Positions 37,169 through 49,902 of a stretch of DNA of 64,000 nt are shown here, in pieces (the stretch's first letter is position 1; the number at the start of each line of letters is the position of its first letter). Both the position numbers and the translations under genes were made by a program. The notes beneath the pieces are model-generated. The model made no database searches. It was not told the origin of the DNA and worked only from the letters and a program-made list of their open reading frames with translations. Origin of the DNA: Marsupella aquatica. Taxonomy: Eukaryota > Plantae > Marchantiophyta. The DNA is taken from assembly GCA_973895155.1 (NCBI GenBank), contig OZ316892.1, forward strand, positions 13,203,270 through 13,267,269. The letters run 5' to 3'.

Positions 37169-38159
37169 GTAATCCCTGGATGTATGTGTGTGGTATAAAT
37201 GATTAGGTCGTATGATTTTTGCTTGTTTTTGTTGGACCACGAGGATGTCCCAGCCGGCCAGTTCTTGAAGTCTCTCAAATGAAAGAAGCACGATCAATTG
37301 TGCCCAGGAAAAAAATCTTCCTATGACGAATTTGGCATTGTTTGGCAGCAAAGTCAACCATTTTTATAATTTTTTCTAATCATAAAGATAGCTGGACAGC
37401 AGTTCTGAAGTGAAGTCCCAGATCTCATCGGTCGAGGTCTATGTGTAATATTATGATTGAGCGTATTTTCCAGCATATATTTACTGCTATGCTACATTTT
37501 TTCTTTGATTTAGTGTGCGACGAGTCTAAATGTGAAAATGCTTTGCCATCTAGAGCTTTTTCAGTAACTATGTTTGCGGCCAGATATTGGAGATCGCATC
37601 CCTCGCATTCACTTCAGAAGAGGCAACCAGAATACATTTGATCGATACTTCCACGATCCAAGCTTGCCAACTCGTGCAGATCACAAACGGAGCTTCAACA
37701 TTGTAGCAAATCGTTTTCTCTTTCTATTTGATGTCTTCACATGTGGGGGACTTCCTACTGGGTAGATAAAGAAGTTAGTAAGCTGGGTGCATGCTGACTT
37801 AGTGGGCTATGATGTGGAGCTTGTGACACTTCTTCACCGGCAACATTGCAAGAACAGGAAGCAACTGTGCACCGTAACTTGCAACAGACACAGTCTGCTG
37901 CCCGAAAGTTGTCCAACCCGACACTTTACAGAACTTGCATATGGGAGTTGACACGCTCTTTGAATGGCAACGTAATTATTGTGAGGAGAGACTCCGGTTG
38001 ACTGATCACAGGCAATCTGCCTGACTTGCATGACTTGTGTCCAGGAATGCCTTGGTAGGAGTGTGTTCTACTTTGGTCTTGCCGGGCGCCAACCTGAAGG
38101 CGACTGTAAGCCAGAACTGCAAGCCTGCTTTCTGCTTCGTACTTCTCAGAGACTGCCAA

Positions 38160-38810
38160 CCTGAGTGTGACTACAAGGCAGAACGTTAAGCCGCTTATAG
38201 CTGAGCATGACTACAAGGTAGAACTTTAATAAATACACTTTTGGCAGAGCGTGACTACAAGGCAGAAGGATAATACACACAACGTGACTGCGAGGCATAA
38301 AATGGTAATACATTTAATTTCTGTATAGAATGCAGGCATAAAATGGTAGTATACTTAATTTCTGTATGGAATTCAGGTTAGGAGTGTAACCATTTTTGGA
38401 GGTACCCCCTTTCTCATAATCTGTTGCCTGGAAGGAACATTTTTTTGGACAGCGTTTATCTACTATAATGGAGGTCTGGGCAGGGGGTCTGGGCAGGGGT
38501 TCTAGCCTAAACCCTGCTCCTAGACTCAGAAAAGCTTTGGGCCTGAAGGTAAGGTTTAGGTTTTCCTCACTTTCTTGTTGTAGGCCAGAAACCCCAGACC
38601 TGGAGGTTTGGGCAGGGGTTCCCTGCTCCTAGACTCAGAAAAGCTTTGGGCCTGAAGGTAAGGCTTAGGTTTTCCTCACTTTCTTGTTAAAGGCTAGTAA
38701 CCCCAGACCAGAACGCCAGTATCCTAAACTTGAATACACTTTATAGCTGAGTTTACTACAAAGCAGAAAGTTAATACACTTGTAGCTGAGCGTGACTACA
38801 AGGCAGAAAA
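38160..38810. repeat. ~40-bp minisatellite (GAG.GTGACTACAAGGCAGAA core) split by a MITE-like insertion
   Basis: Core copies lie near 38163, 38203, 38248, 38748 and 38788. The interrupting segment 38371-38735 has imperfect inverted ends (ATTCAGGTTAGGA / TCCTAAACTTGAAT), an internal ~110-bp duplication, and similarity to 30460-30570. Confidence 0.6.
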
Positions 38811-39733
38811 CTAAAAGGGCATCTCAATAGTCAGGATGGACTGTCACTGCCTACCCTTGGAAGAAGATGCATACCGTCCTGCCCCTGGAAGAAGATGCAT
38901 TGGTAACACTGATCGACTGCCATCCCTAACTTTCCAGTTACTACTTGTCCCCAACCAAAAATCTGATGGGTAAAGTTTGCACAAAATTTGGGTTTTGGTC
39001 AGAAATTCCTACAAGTTGCTTGCTGATGGGAAACAACAGGTTTGAGAGTAACTAATGAAAGAGAGAAAAACCCATGAAGACCAAAGAGACAAAAAACCTG
39101 AGAGTCCTTTACAACCACAAAGAATTAAAGCTATATTGAGCAACAAACTAAATGGTCTGGTAGAGCTTAGACAAAACCTCTTAAGAGGGTCAGAAAGAGG
39201 AATTTGTCTAGAAGCCCTTAAACTTGCAAACTTTTAAATTTTCACTTGAAAAAGGTTGGGTAAACCTGTAAAGAGCATCACTTTATTAGTTAACTTTACC
39301 CACAACATTCATAACACACCCTGCCACAAGTTACTTTTCACCTTTACCCACAACAAACACTCACTGACAAATTAAATCTTCAGTTTACCTGCAACACTCA
39401 TAAAACACTCTGCACTACAATTTACTTTTTAGTTCACCTACGGCACTCATAACACCTTCTGCCAATTATGTCATATCAACCACAGAGCAAGAGGGAAGGT
39501 CTACAAATTGGGTTAAGTTGCTATAAAACTCTTTGCAACAATTTATGGAGTATAATATCCATCTTGCCCATTCTAGATTATTGTTTGTTTTAAGAATTGC
39601 CATTTGGGTGGGAAGAATTCCTGGTTGTTTGCTGTAAAATAGTTTTTTGTCTCCATGTAATCGGCTAAAAACACCCTGCCTCATTGTGCCTTCAACATCA
39701 TCAACCCTTGCCCTCAGCACCCCACCTCACCTT

Positions 39734-39993
39734 TGTTAGACATTTACTCTTAGGTCTAAGGTTATGATTGAAACCATACTTAAGGCTGATTGTTATAGAG
39801 CCCGTTGAAAGATAGAGAAATCTTGTATTGCAGAGACTCGGTAAGGCCAACGGGCCTAGAGTGCAGTAAAGCTCTCGTGTGTTCTCGTGGATGTAACCTC
39901 AATTAAGGTGAACCACATATCTCTCTATGTTGATTACTTATCCATTTGGATGGTTCATGGATTTATCGTTGTGAATGTAATCTTTGTTCAATA
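39734..39993 (+). mobile_element. Solo LTR (Copia-like), shorter copy
   Basis: Starts TGTTAGACATT and ends TTCAATA (CA mutated to TA). The 5-bp TSD ACCTT lies at 39729-39733 and 39994-39998. The 3' half is homologous to 60072-60415. Confidence 0.85.
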
Positions 39994-40374
39994 ACCTTTT
40001 GTACCTTGCCATTGCTAATAGTGCAATGCACCAGCAGTGTGGTGTTCTAGCATATAAACCACAAGATAATTAAGTACAAGATACATTTGCAAAGTAATTT
40101 AAGTTGTCAATCTTTCTTTTGCTTCATAGAAAGAACAGGGTTTGGGTGGACTAAACTAAAAAATATGAGTGATCTATGGAGTTTTTATTGTTCAGCAGAA
40201 GTAGAATCATAATAAACTTTGGGAGAGATGCTCATTTATATGACAGTTGAGTTCTATTACTCTTAAATCATATTATCCTGGCTAAAAGACAGGAATTCTA
40301 GTTAAGAAGTTCCTTTTTAAGCTAAGAAATTCTATGGAAACAAAATGTTTGAGATGGAGATCCCATGCTAGCTA

Positions 40375-40746
40375 ATTCAGCAGGCCTTACATGCATAATT
40401 CCACAATCACTTGCCTTAAAAACAGGCAAGTAAATGTTATTCAGGCTTAATTTCTAGAAACCTGTTCCATTTGCCATCACCAAATGCCCTAAGAGGGGGT
40501 TGGGGGGGGGGGCACCTGCCAAAAGTATTGTATAATTGTCAGGAAGCATTGTATAACCAGACTTAATGATTCAGCAGGCCTCACATGCATAATTCCACAA
40601 TCACTTACCTTAAAAACAGGCAAGTAAATGTCACTCAGGCTTAATTTCTAGAAACCTGTTCCATTTGCCATCACCAAATGCCCTAAAAGGGGGGGGGGGG
40701 CATCACCCAGAAAGTATTGTATAATTGTGAGGAAGTACTGTATAAC
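40375..40746. repeat. ~194-bp tandem duplication with poly-G tracts
   Basis: ATTCAGCAGGCCT.ACATGCATAATTCC...AAAGTATTGTATAATTGT occurs twice, starting near 40375 and 40569. Confidence 0.9.
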
Positions 40747-41941
40747 TACTTAAACCACCACTGGCCGGGCCATATAAAGGGGAGAAGTGTCCAAGACCTT
40801 TGTCCTTCTTCATATGGTTCTCCTCTAAGGTTAAATTTTGCTCCACAATTTTACACAATTTCAGGAAAAAGTACTAAAAAATGGTGAAATCTCTCTAACC
40901 ATGGCTAGTGGCTTAAAGTGAAATCTCTCTAACCATGGCTAGTGGCTCTTTAAGCCTGGCTGTACAGTAAAGTAGTCTCCACCTTGGTGAATTAACTCAT
41001 GATTAACCACAAATGATTTGTACCTTACAAATTGATCGAGAAAGGAGGAGAGGAGAGGAGAGGAGAGGAGCAGAACGCGAGTGCGTGGGAGCAACGGAGA
41101 TGTGCAGTGTTGATTCGTATGTGGGTGTGCTCGACAATTGCGATGCGGAACGCAATTCATGAAATCTGCCAGAGAATTGGAAAGCGCAAATCTTGAAATT
41201 GGTGCAGCACCGGAATTCTGTCTTTGCTTCATTCGTGTCATCTCCATTTCCGTCTCCTGCATCGCTTTCTCTGCCACGACGACTACTCCAGCAGAAGAGT
41301 GTCGTCTTCTTCTTCACTTGGAGAGTTTGAGGATTTCTCATGTTTCATGCATCAATCAATCGAGCAATATATAATAAATAAGTGTTAAGTCTCTCGCTCG
41401 CCGGTTTGCTCTCTCCGCCGCCCTGCCCACATTTTGAGCTCTTGAAATGAAAAACATCGTCAACCAAAGAAGAAGCTGAAGCTGGACGAAGAAAGAGCGG
41501 GAGTGGAGAAGAGAGGCGAGACTACATAATTATGTTCTGACTTGACAACATAGAATGTGGAATGCAACGCCGGAGTCGGACGGGGAAAGAAGAAGAACGA
41601 ACGAAGGAAATTAACCGACTTCGGTAGTGAGTGAGGAGCAGAAGGACCTGCGAACGGGCATGTCCGCTACGGCGAGAGAACAGTAAGCGCACTTGGCAGC
41701 AGGAGGGGACGGGGGTTGTGGTGAGTTCAATTTTTGCAGCTGATAGGAATAGCAGGAGGTAGAGGAATCCAGGGCCATAGTGGGGTGGGGGGGACGGTAC
41801 GCAGTTTCTTGAGATTCTCTGGTGTGTTTCTTTTGCTCGAAATCAAGGATTTGGTTCAGTCGGAGAGAGGCCCGGAGCCGAGGGAAAATTTGAGTTGCAT
41901 GTTGAGAATCAGGGAGGCTGGATTTCTTCTGGGACTCGCGG

Positions 41942-44460
41942 ATGGATCCGAGGCTGGATCATTCGAGGATGGATCCGCGGATGGATCTACGGATGGATCC
42001 GCGGATGGATGCCCGGGGATTGGATCCTCGCATGGAGGCGGCGAGAATGGATCCTAGGTTGGATGGGAGGATGGAGGCGAGAATGATGCCGCAGCAGCAA
42101 TCGGGAGCAGATAATCGCTCCTTTGAGTTCGGATTCACGACGGCAGGTGGCCGGAGAGAGGTGCGGACGCTCGAGGATTTATTTCAGGGTTATGGAGTAC
42201 GAATAGCCACACTAGCGAAGATGACAGAGATGGGGTTCACAGTGAGCACACTTGTGAATATGACGGAAGCGGAGCTTGATGATATTATACAAACGATTTC
42301 GGACATTCTTCAGATGGAGCTATTGGTTGGAGAGCGTTATGGAATTAAGTCAGCGGTTAGAGCAGAAAAAAGGCATATAGACGAGGAGCTGGAGCGACAA
42401 CGACTGGAGCTTTTAACTAAGAGCGAACGGAAGCGTAAGCTCGATGAGGTTGCCGGTGTTGCTTTTTCGTCTAAGGAAGGTAGGCCACCGCCAGCGCACT
42501 TGCGAGTATAGGATGCTCCAATTCCCAAGCTCGAAGAATCTCGGAATTGTCGTTATTAATTTCATACGTAGGAGCGAGAATTCAAGAAGATGAGGAAGAT
42601 TCATCTCTCTTGGTGTGGATTGGGTTGACGACTTGTCATCCTCAGAAATCCTCATTGGTATAAAATCCCCTGACCATTTTGAAAGAATGGGTTTCTTTCG
42701 CCCTGTTACAGCGTTTCATGTGGAGTCATCCGTGAATACCAGGCATCACTAAGTGGATATCTGGTATCATTGCCTAGAATCAATGGTCTGTTCCCCAGGC
42801 ATTTTAAAATCAAAGCTGCGCGCCGCGGTCCCCGTGCCGTTAAGCCCTTCCCAGGACGAAGATTGGTCATTAAAGTATTTCAATGCAAGGGTTTAGCAAG
42901 CACAAATCACAAATCAAAGTCTCGACAAACTCTCTCACCCACTCTTGAAACCCTTTTAATCGGTATCTTTGTCTATGGTTGTTCCTTTTCTTGAAAGATG
43001 AAAGTGAGATCAAAGAATTGCTAGTCAGTCTAATGTGATGCACTGTTTGTGAGCACTTCCGTATGACTTCCTAGGACTTGGGATTCCTCGACGGGTCTCA
43101 CGCAATGAATATCTCCTACCCTTCATTTTTCGTTTCTCTGAAGTTAGAGAGGAGAAGTACTATCTCCAAGGATTTTAATGATTCCTGAAACGATGTCTTA
43201 AAACAAGCATCATTGTATCGGACCGTAATGGGATTGAATATACTGAACTTGGTTTCACAGTTTAACAAGATGGGATTTCGTTTCTGCAAAGAATGTCATG
43301 TGACCGCTACAGGTCTACCAAGTACATGTCCGTCTACTCTTCTTACACAGATACTGCAATGCCTTTTCACACATCCCTCTCCAAGTGGCTCCACTGCTAA
43401 AGGTTAGACGGGCTGGAGCAGAATGGTTTTTGGCGTTGTTCGTAGGTTGCTAATGTTTCACATGTTTTGTATTGTGTGCAGGTACAGGTGGTGGTGCAAG
43501 TGAACAAAGGAGAGAAAGTGCAATGATGATGCCGGAAGCCATCTCTCCTGTTAATGCCCTGAATTTGAATTCTAAAGAACCAACGCTACTCCTGGGGGCT
43601 GGTCATAGCTCACTCACTCCAGGCCTTCTTGCCCTCACTGAACAGAGCAGCGACAGTGATGACAAGCGGTCAGGGAAGAAAAAGCAGAAGAGAAGGCGGC
43701 CGAAAGAGCATGGAGAAGATGGAGAAGATAGGCCGAGGGAGCACCCGTTTATTGTTACCGAACCTGGTGAAGCGGCCAGGGGAAAGAAAAATGGATTAGA
43801 CTATTTGTTTGACTTGTACGAACAATGCGGCAAGTTTCTGGAGCAGGTTCAACAACTCGCGAGGGAAAAAGGAGAGAAGTGTCCCACCAAGGTCAGCCTG
43901 TTTTAGCTTTTGCTTGAGAATGTCATCACCGCCTCCGTAGAAAATAATGATGTCTTTGCGTTTAAGTCGCTGTGAATCAAATCATGAATTTCAGAGATGA
44001 TGGCTTCTTGTTTGATCCCGTGTGCCTATTCCTGTCTTGCCTCACTAGGTAGAGGACCGATGCTAGTTCTTATGTTAAGTATCAGATGAATTTGGAAGCA
44101 AGTACTCGGAGTTAATTGTCAACAGTCGTTTTGCAGGTAACAAACCAAGTGTTTCGACATGCCAAGCATACGGGTGCTGGTTACATCAACAAACCAAAGA
44201 TGCGGCATTATGTGCACTGTTATGCTCTTCACTGTTTAGACATTGATCAGTCTAATGCACTAAGAAAATTGCACAAAGAAAGGGGCGAGAATGTTGGAGC
44301 CTGGCGTATGGCTTGTTATGGCCCCTTAGTGTCCATGGCCAGAGACAATGGGTGGGATATTGAGGGCCTTTTTAACAGGAATGATAAGTTGCGAATCTGG
44401 TATGTTCCCACAAAACTTCGACAGCTTTGCCACATAGAGAAGGGCAAATTTGGAGAATAG
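41942..44460 (+). CDS. LFY: LEAFY/FLORICAULA transcription factor, 3 exons
   Basis: Exons 41942-42479, 43482-43891 and 44137-44460, with the two conserved LFY intron positions. SAM domain: [11 protein letters not shown]...[10 protein letters not shown]...[19 protein letters not shown]-binding domain: [27 protein letters not shown]...[40 protein letters not shown]...[13 protein letters not shown]. Confidence 0.98.
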
Positions 44461-47400
44461 GGAAAGGGACTATTTTTGGCAGATTGCTTGCGTGATGGGG
44501 CTCGTTCTCATTCTGGTACTTTTCCATGGTATGTGTTGTCTAAATGAGTAGGAAAATTAGATTCAGATTTTTCCCATGCTGTGTACCATGAATGTGTCGG
44601 TCTTCTTCACTTTTGGAGAGGCACACTGATTCTTTCGGGAATTCAAGAAACAAAGTCGCGAGAGGGATGAGCGCACACGATATGTCTAGAGACCCAAAGA
44701 CGGTTTACTGTGAGGTGGGGAGAAAGTCGGCAGTCGTCCAAACCGGAGAACGGAAAGAACTTGTAGTCCAAGTGGCATGCACATTTAAAAAAAATCCAGA
44801 TTTTGCAGGTCCTGTGAACGATGATTATTTCTGGGCAGGACAATCGTCAAATTTTGATTGCAGTTTCTCGAATGTACGAATCGGATTGATCAAATTCTAA
44901 GCTCTCAATTCTCTCGTCCGCTTTGAAAAGTGCTCAAACTCTTACTGTCCAAGCTGTTTCCTTCAATTTTGCTAAGTTACGGCAGTAATGTCATATTTGG
45001 CTGATATCTTTTTGAGAGCAGTATTCGCATAGACTGAGGTAATGTTCTGCAACTGAGCTTTGTCCAACTTGCAACTCGAAACTTTCAAATATGTGATTTC
45101 TGCCCTGAGACCACACTCTAGTTTACAGAACCTTGTTGACAAAGCATTCGTCCAAAATAACTGTGTGACAAAATATTGGGGCATCTGAAATGCGGTTTTT
45201 GAGCAGCCGGGCATCAGTTATTCTACAATTGTGTTATGGTTGTTATTGAAGTGGCTCCCTGCCATGGAGGGTCTTTGAAGGTAATTGAAGCTGCTACAGT
45301 TTTATGAACATTGTGATCTAATTTCTCTTTTGATCATAAGGTCCTTTCGTTTTTGTTCAAATTGAGTACCTTGGGTGTAGATCTTTTGGTCAAAAGCTTC
45401 TTCATTAGTTTTCCAAGTTCAAATAGAGTGGCTTAGGAGAGTATGTTTTGATCACGAGCTTCATTGTTCTGGTCTTGTTCAAATTGAAAAGGATACGTCG
45501 ATTCTCGAGATGCAGATTATAGATTTTTGCATGGTTAGACAATAGTTGATCTATGTATTACTACATGATGACCTAACATTGGAGGTAGGCGAAGTGTAGT
45601 AAGTTTTTGCAGTTCCTTAACTCGGCTTAAGTCTGGTGATCTTATTTGGCAACACTTCAAATGTACAGTTGCCGTTTCAATTTCTACTTGCAATAAGCAT
45701 ATACAGTATATATACAGTGTACTGTGTATCTTTTATTCTTTGTAATTTTTACAGAAACCAGGAATTGCTTTCCAGGTATCGCAGGAGGATGCCTTCCTGG
45801 GTTGTGTGTAATAGTCTGTATGTTGTGGATTGTAAGCGAATTCTGGCAGAGTTTTAGTATTCTGAAGCTTTGACATCCAAGCCACTTTTGTTGCACTTGT
45901 TACGAGTAACCAAATTATATCATGATTCTTCTAGGATCCTTGCTCTAGAGTCGTGGATTACGTCGGGCTTTTTCCCAGTGGTATTGAAGCCTGCTATTTG
46001 GGGGGGCCATGTTCGGCGTCCCAGATTTCGTCCAACTTCAAACTCGGGCTGTTACGACAGAGCTCGTTCTAGACCACACTTCATAGAAATCTGGCAGCAT
46101 GATCTGGGTGTTCTTTACTTCCAAACTAGAGAGAATAATCCAGAAGTGCACCGATCCAGTTGAGTTATGGTAGGGCTCGGGGAGGTTCGATTCGGGGCAA
46201 ATAATCGTATTGGAAACGTCCAGTCGACTGTCAGTTCAAATCTGCTTCTGTAATTTGCGGTATTTCGATTAGGAGGTATGAACGCAAGCTACACTCTCCA
46301 GACCTTTTGAAGCCGGATCGAAGCTAAAACGAGTCTCGAACCCGATAACGGTCTGTCTGCTTTGCGGGTGCGAATGTCGTCGCTTTTTGTGTTGACGTTT
46401 CTTTTCCCAAACCTAGCGGGTACGGTACCAGCGGCGTTGCGTAGTCAGAGTATCGATCATTGCATTGCGTAGACTGATGAAATATCTTCCTGCTCGGTTT
46501 CCTACAAGGCTACGAGCAACTTAGTGACTGATCGATCTGATACATTTTACGCACGTACGTTCAAGTTATTACCTTCTTTGAGGCGCGAATGATGACATTC
46601 GATTTCTCATCAATTTAATCTGTGCGACTTCTACTATAATGGGCCTGATCGATGACGATTGCAAGGGGGTACGTTGAAGACACGTCTAACAGTTACTACG
46701 CACTTGTTTGCAGGACGAGTGGGACGACATGTTCGTATACTACCGGTAGTCCTTTGAGCTGGTTCTGCAGTGAGTTTCCTTCGGACTACGATTTTGATTA
46801 ACTGATTTTTAGGAGTCCGTTACAATCTCATGTGTAAGGTGCCGATCGGTGCTGACCACAGTACCTACGGTGCCACCTAAAAGCAGCAGCGAGTGAAGAG
46901 AATCAGTCAGTCGCCTACAGCAGCTTCCTCTTTCGTCAGTGCGAACGCAACATATTATGATGAATCAATCCTCTCAGCCATGGCCAGGGAGTACCGTCAG
47001 ATTCATGAACTGAGAGACTGGATGATTGCCGAGTTAGGCCCGACGAACAGTCTCTAGCATTCGATCATCTTTGCCAACGTCCGGACTGCTTGATTGAGGC
47101 CAGGGTACGCTGAGGCAGTCAGTTACTGTACCGGGCCGCAGTTTCCATTGGAATTGCTGATTTCGGAAGTCAAGAAAGGAAGGGACGGAGGGTGCGGTGG
47201 GCGAGACGTGGATTCGGAGTTATCATTAGGCGGAAAAAGAGTAAGTTACGTGTGCCCGGCCGGCCGGACAATAGTTCGTTTTCCAACGGCTGGAGGTGCG
47301 GTTCTCATCAGTAAGACTTTCCATGCATCCTTTCGACCACCAACGTGTCGCACTCGTTGTCTTTCGTTGTTGCTACAAGCAGCCGCTTCCTGAACTTGCA

Positions 47401-47780
47401 TTCAATCAATCTCATTATCATTTACCTCTGAAACTTGCGTTCACTTGTGATTGAGCAAGAGCCTATAAAACTGTGTGTTTGTGAAGACTTGAACGAATGC
47501 GGCTGAAAAGTGTTCAACTAAATCGCTGCACGGTCGCCTGCATGCTCTCATTGGCAACGAGATCACTCCTTCACACCGCCTGTAATTGTGTAGATTTCAT
47601 AAGGTCCTTTACTAGCTTAATGTGCCTCATTGTCAGTTGAATAACTGCAGCTTGCATCAGATATACCGCCGCACGGTCGATCGGAATCTTCGAATCAGAG
47701 AGTTGATCGAGAAGAAGGCCAGGCCAGGCCAGGCCCGCTAGGAAAATTCGATCAGGCCCGGGAACGAGCCAAGGACATTA

Positions 47781-49902
47781 ATGGCGGAAAAGATTGTAGA
47801 AAAATCCGGCATTCTTGAGCGCAAAGCCATAATCAAGAATGCCGACATGACGGAAGATATGCAGCAGGACGCCATTGAGTGTGCTACTCAGGTCTCGTAC
47901 GACTCTCTCACCTGCCCTGCCCTGCTCTGCCTTCCTCGCCACCGATTAAATTGACTATGCTAGTACATTTCCTGTCAAGGATTTCAGCGATCCACTTCAT
48001 TCTGCGGAATGGCAATTACGCCTTGCTCTGAGTCTCGTTTCTTAATGAAATGAAGACTTGTACGTGATACAGAATCCGCCCGCTCCATGCGTGATCCCTA
48101 CAATTTGCTCCTTATGGCCCCGCAATTCTTGCCGACGACTAGCATGCTTGACGTACTAATTTATTATCTACTGGGCGACTCAAATATAACTGAATTCGCA
48201 AGATATTATAACTGAATATATCCCGTTTTCTAATGCACATTACTATCTATGTCCCCTTTGCAATCCTCCATTTTCGATCTCTCCCTAAGCTTGATATGCA
48301 TAATCTCTAGGATGTTATATTTTCTTTCCTACTCCGAAGGTTTAATGCTGATATATCTATTGGATTATGAAGAACGTTACCACGCACCCTGGATGGGTTA
48401 AAACGGGAGGTCAGGTTGCGTGTGTCCTTCGTTATATGGTGTCATTCCCAGTTCTGAAGTCCGTTAGAAGTTGTGAAAGGAGAGGTACAGTAGTTTTGCG
48501 GTGTGGCATCTCGTGAAGTTGTGGCATGTTGGTTAGAATGATGCGAGATCGAAGTCGTCGACTGTGAGGTTGCAGTCTCGGAAGTTTAGGAAGTATTGAT
48601 TAATGCTGGGTCGAAATTAAATGGGAAAGACATCTCGAAGCTAATTGTTGGGTATTGTCCACCTATAAAATGCTTCACCACCTCTCAAAAGACCTATTAA
48701 TTTCTCTGCCATGCCGTAACTTTTCTCATTGGCTCCTTGGAAACTTGAAGGCGCTCGACAAGTACAATGTTGAGAAGGATATTGCAGCGTATATAAAAAA
48801 GGAGTTTGACAAGAAGTACAATCCAACATGGCACTGTATTGTTGGACGCAACTTCGGTAAAGTGCAATCATTTTCTACTGATTTGTTCTGAAGCAACGCT
48901 CTAAAGTACTACTACATATTACTTTAGATCCATGTTCATCGAAAATTTAAAAAGTTCTTATTGCGTTTGCATGTGCATTGGTCAAAGATTGCATCTAGAT
49001 CAACCCACTAAGTATTGCGAGGAGCGGTCTCGTACTCTCGTCCTTAAATGTTCATACTAGTGATAAGAGGTGACTGGATCCTGGTAGTTCCTCAGATTAG
49101 GGATGCAGATCTTCTTTGTAGCACACTAAATACGTAGTATTAGTTCTGAGGATTGAGTAAAACCTCAGTAGATCAAGGACATTCCCTCAGTTCAATCCTG
49201 GTCATAGTTTGAGAGTCATCAACAACTCATTCCGTATAAGCCTTACGTGTAAAATAACGTTTAGGTTGTCTATGGCCAAATCACCAGTGCCCAACATTGT
49301 GTGTGTGACGTCCTTTGCAATATTTGACGAGAAGCGCCCGGTATCTGGCTGCTACTCGAGTGCAACCCTGTCCGTAGCCACTCGAGAGATTAGTCTACTT
49401 TAGCAATTTCTCAAAAGAAGTTTAGGGTATGGTCCCCGGACAGTATACATCTCTAGAGATATTCCCGTACAGGTTTCTGGGTTGGTTGGAAGAAGTACTT
49501 GAAAACGAAATACCTAGACCGTTTGTTAGTCCGCATTTTGTGATCCTGTCTTCGTTTGCTAGAATTCAGATGTTCTTCGTTCTTTGGAAATACGTTACGA
49601 AATTTTTTGAATGTCAATGAAGATATTTGCTAGGGTTGGTAGAATTGGATGTTTCACATGATGCCACAGTTTCAGTTCCTGTTGATTGGGTTCGTGGGTT
49701 CGACAATTTGCCTGGCTTTTCAGAGTGAAGTGTTGCGTGCGCTCTCCATCCGATGTTGGATCCTTGATGTCGTCCATTTGTGCCTAACATGAATTGTAAT
49801 TTGGGCATCACTGTGGCAGGGTCTTACGTGACTCATGAGACGAAGCATTTTGTGTATTTTTACCTGGGCCAAGTTGCAGTACTTCTCTTCAAATCCGGCT
49901 AA
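47781..49902 (+). CDS. LC8: Dynein light chain LC8 (DYNLL type), 3 exons
   Basis: Exons 47781-47891, 48751-48856 and 49820-49902 give ...[85 protein letters not shown]. Confidence 0.97.

Noticed and set aside
38160-38810. Short repeats with variable intervening sequence, CRISPR-like
   Set aside because: The repeats are degenerate and the intervening sequences are related to each other (AATACACTT.TAGCT). This is a minisatellite.
45252-45268. TGGCTCCCTGCCATG resembling part of miR160 downstream of LFY
   Set aside because: Only about 10 contiguous bases match, the 5' TGCC is missing and I found no convincing star arm.
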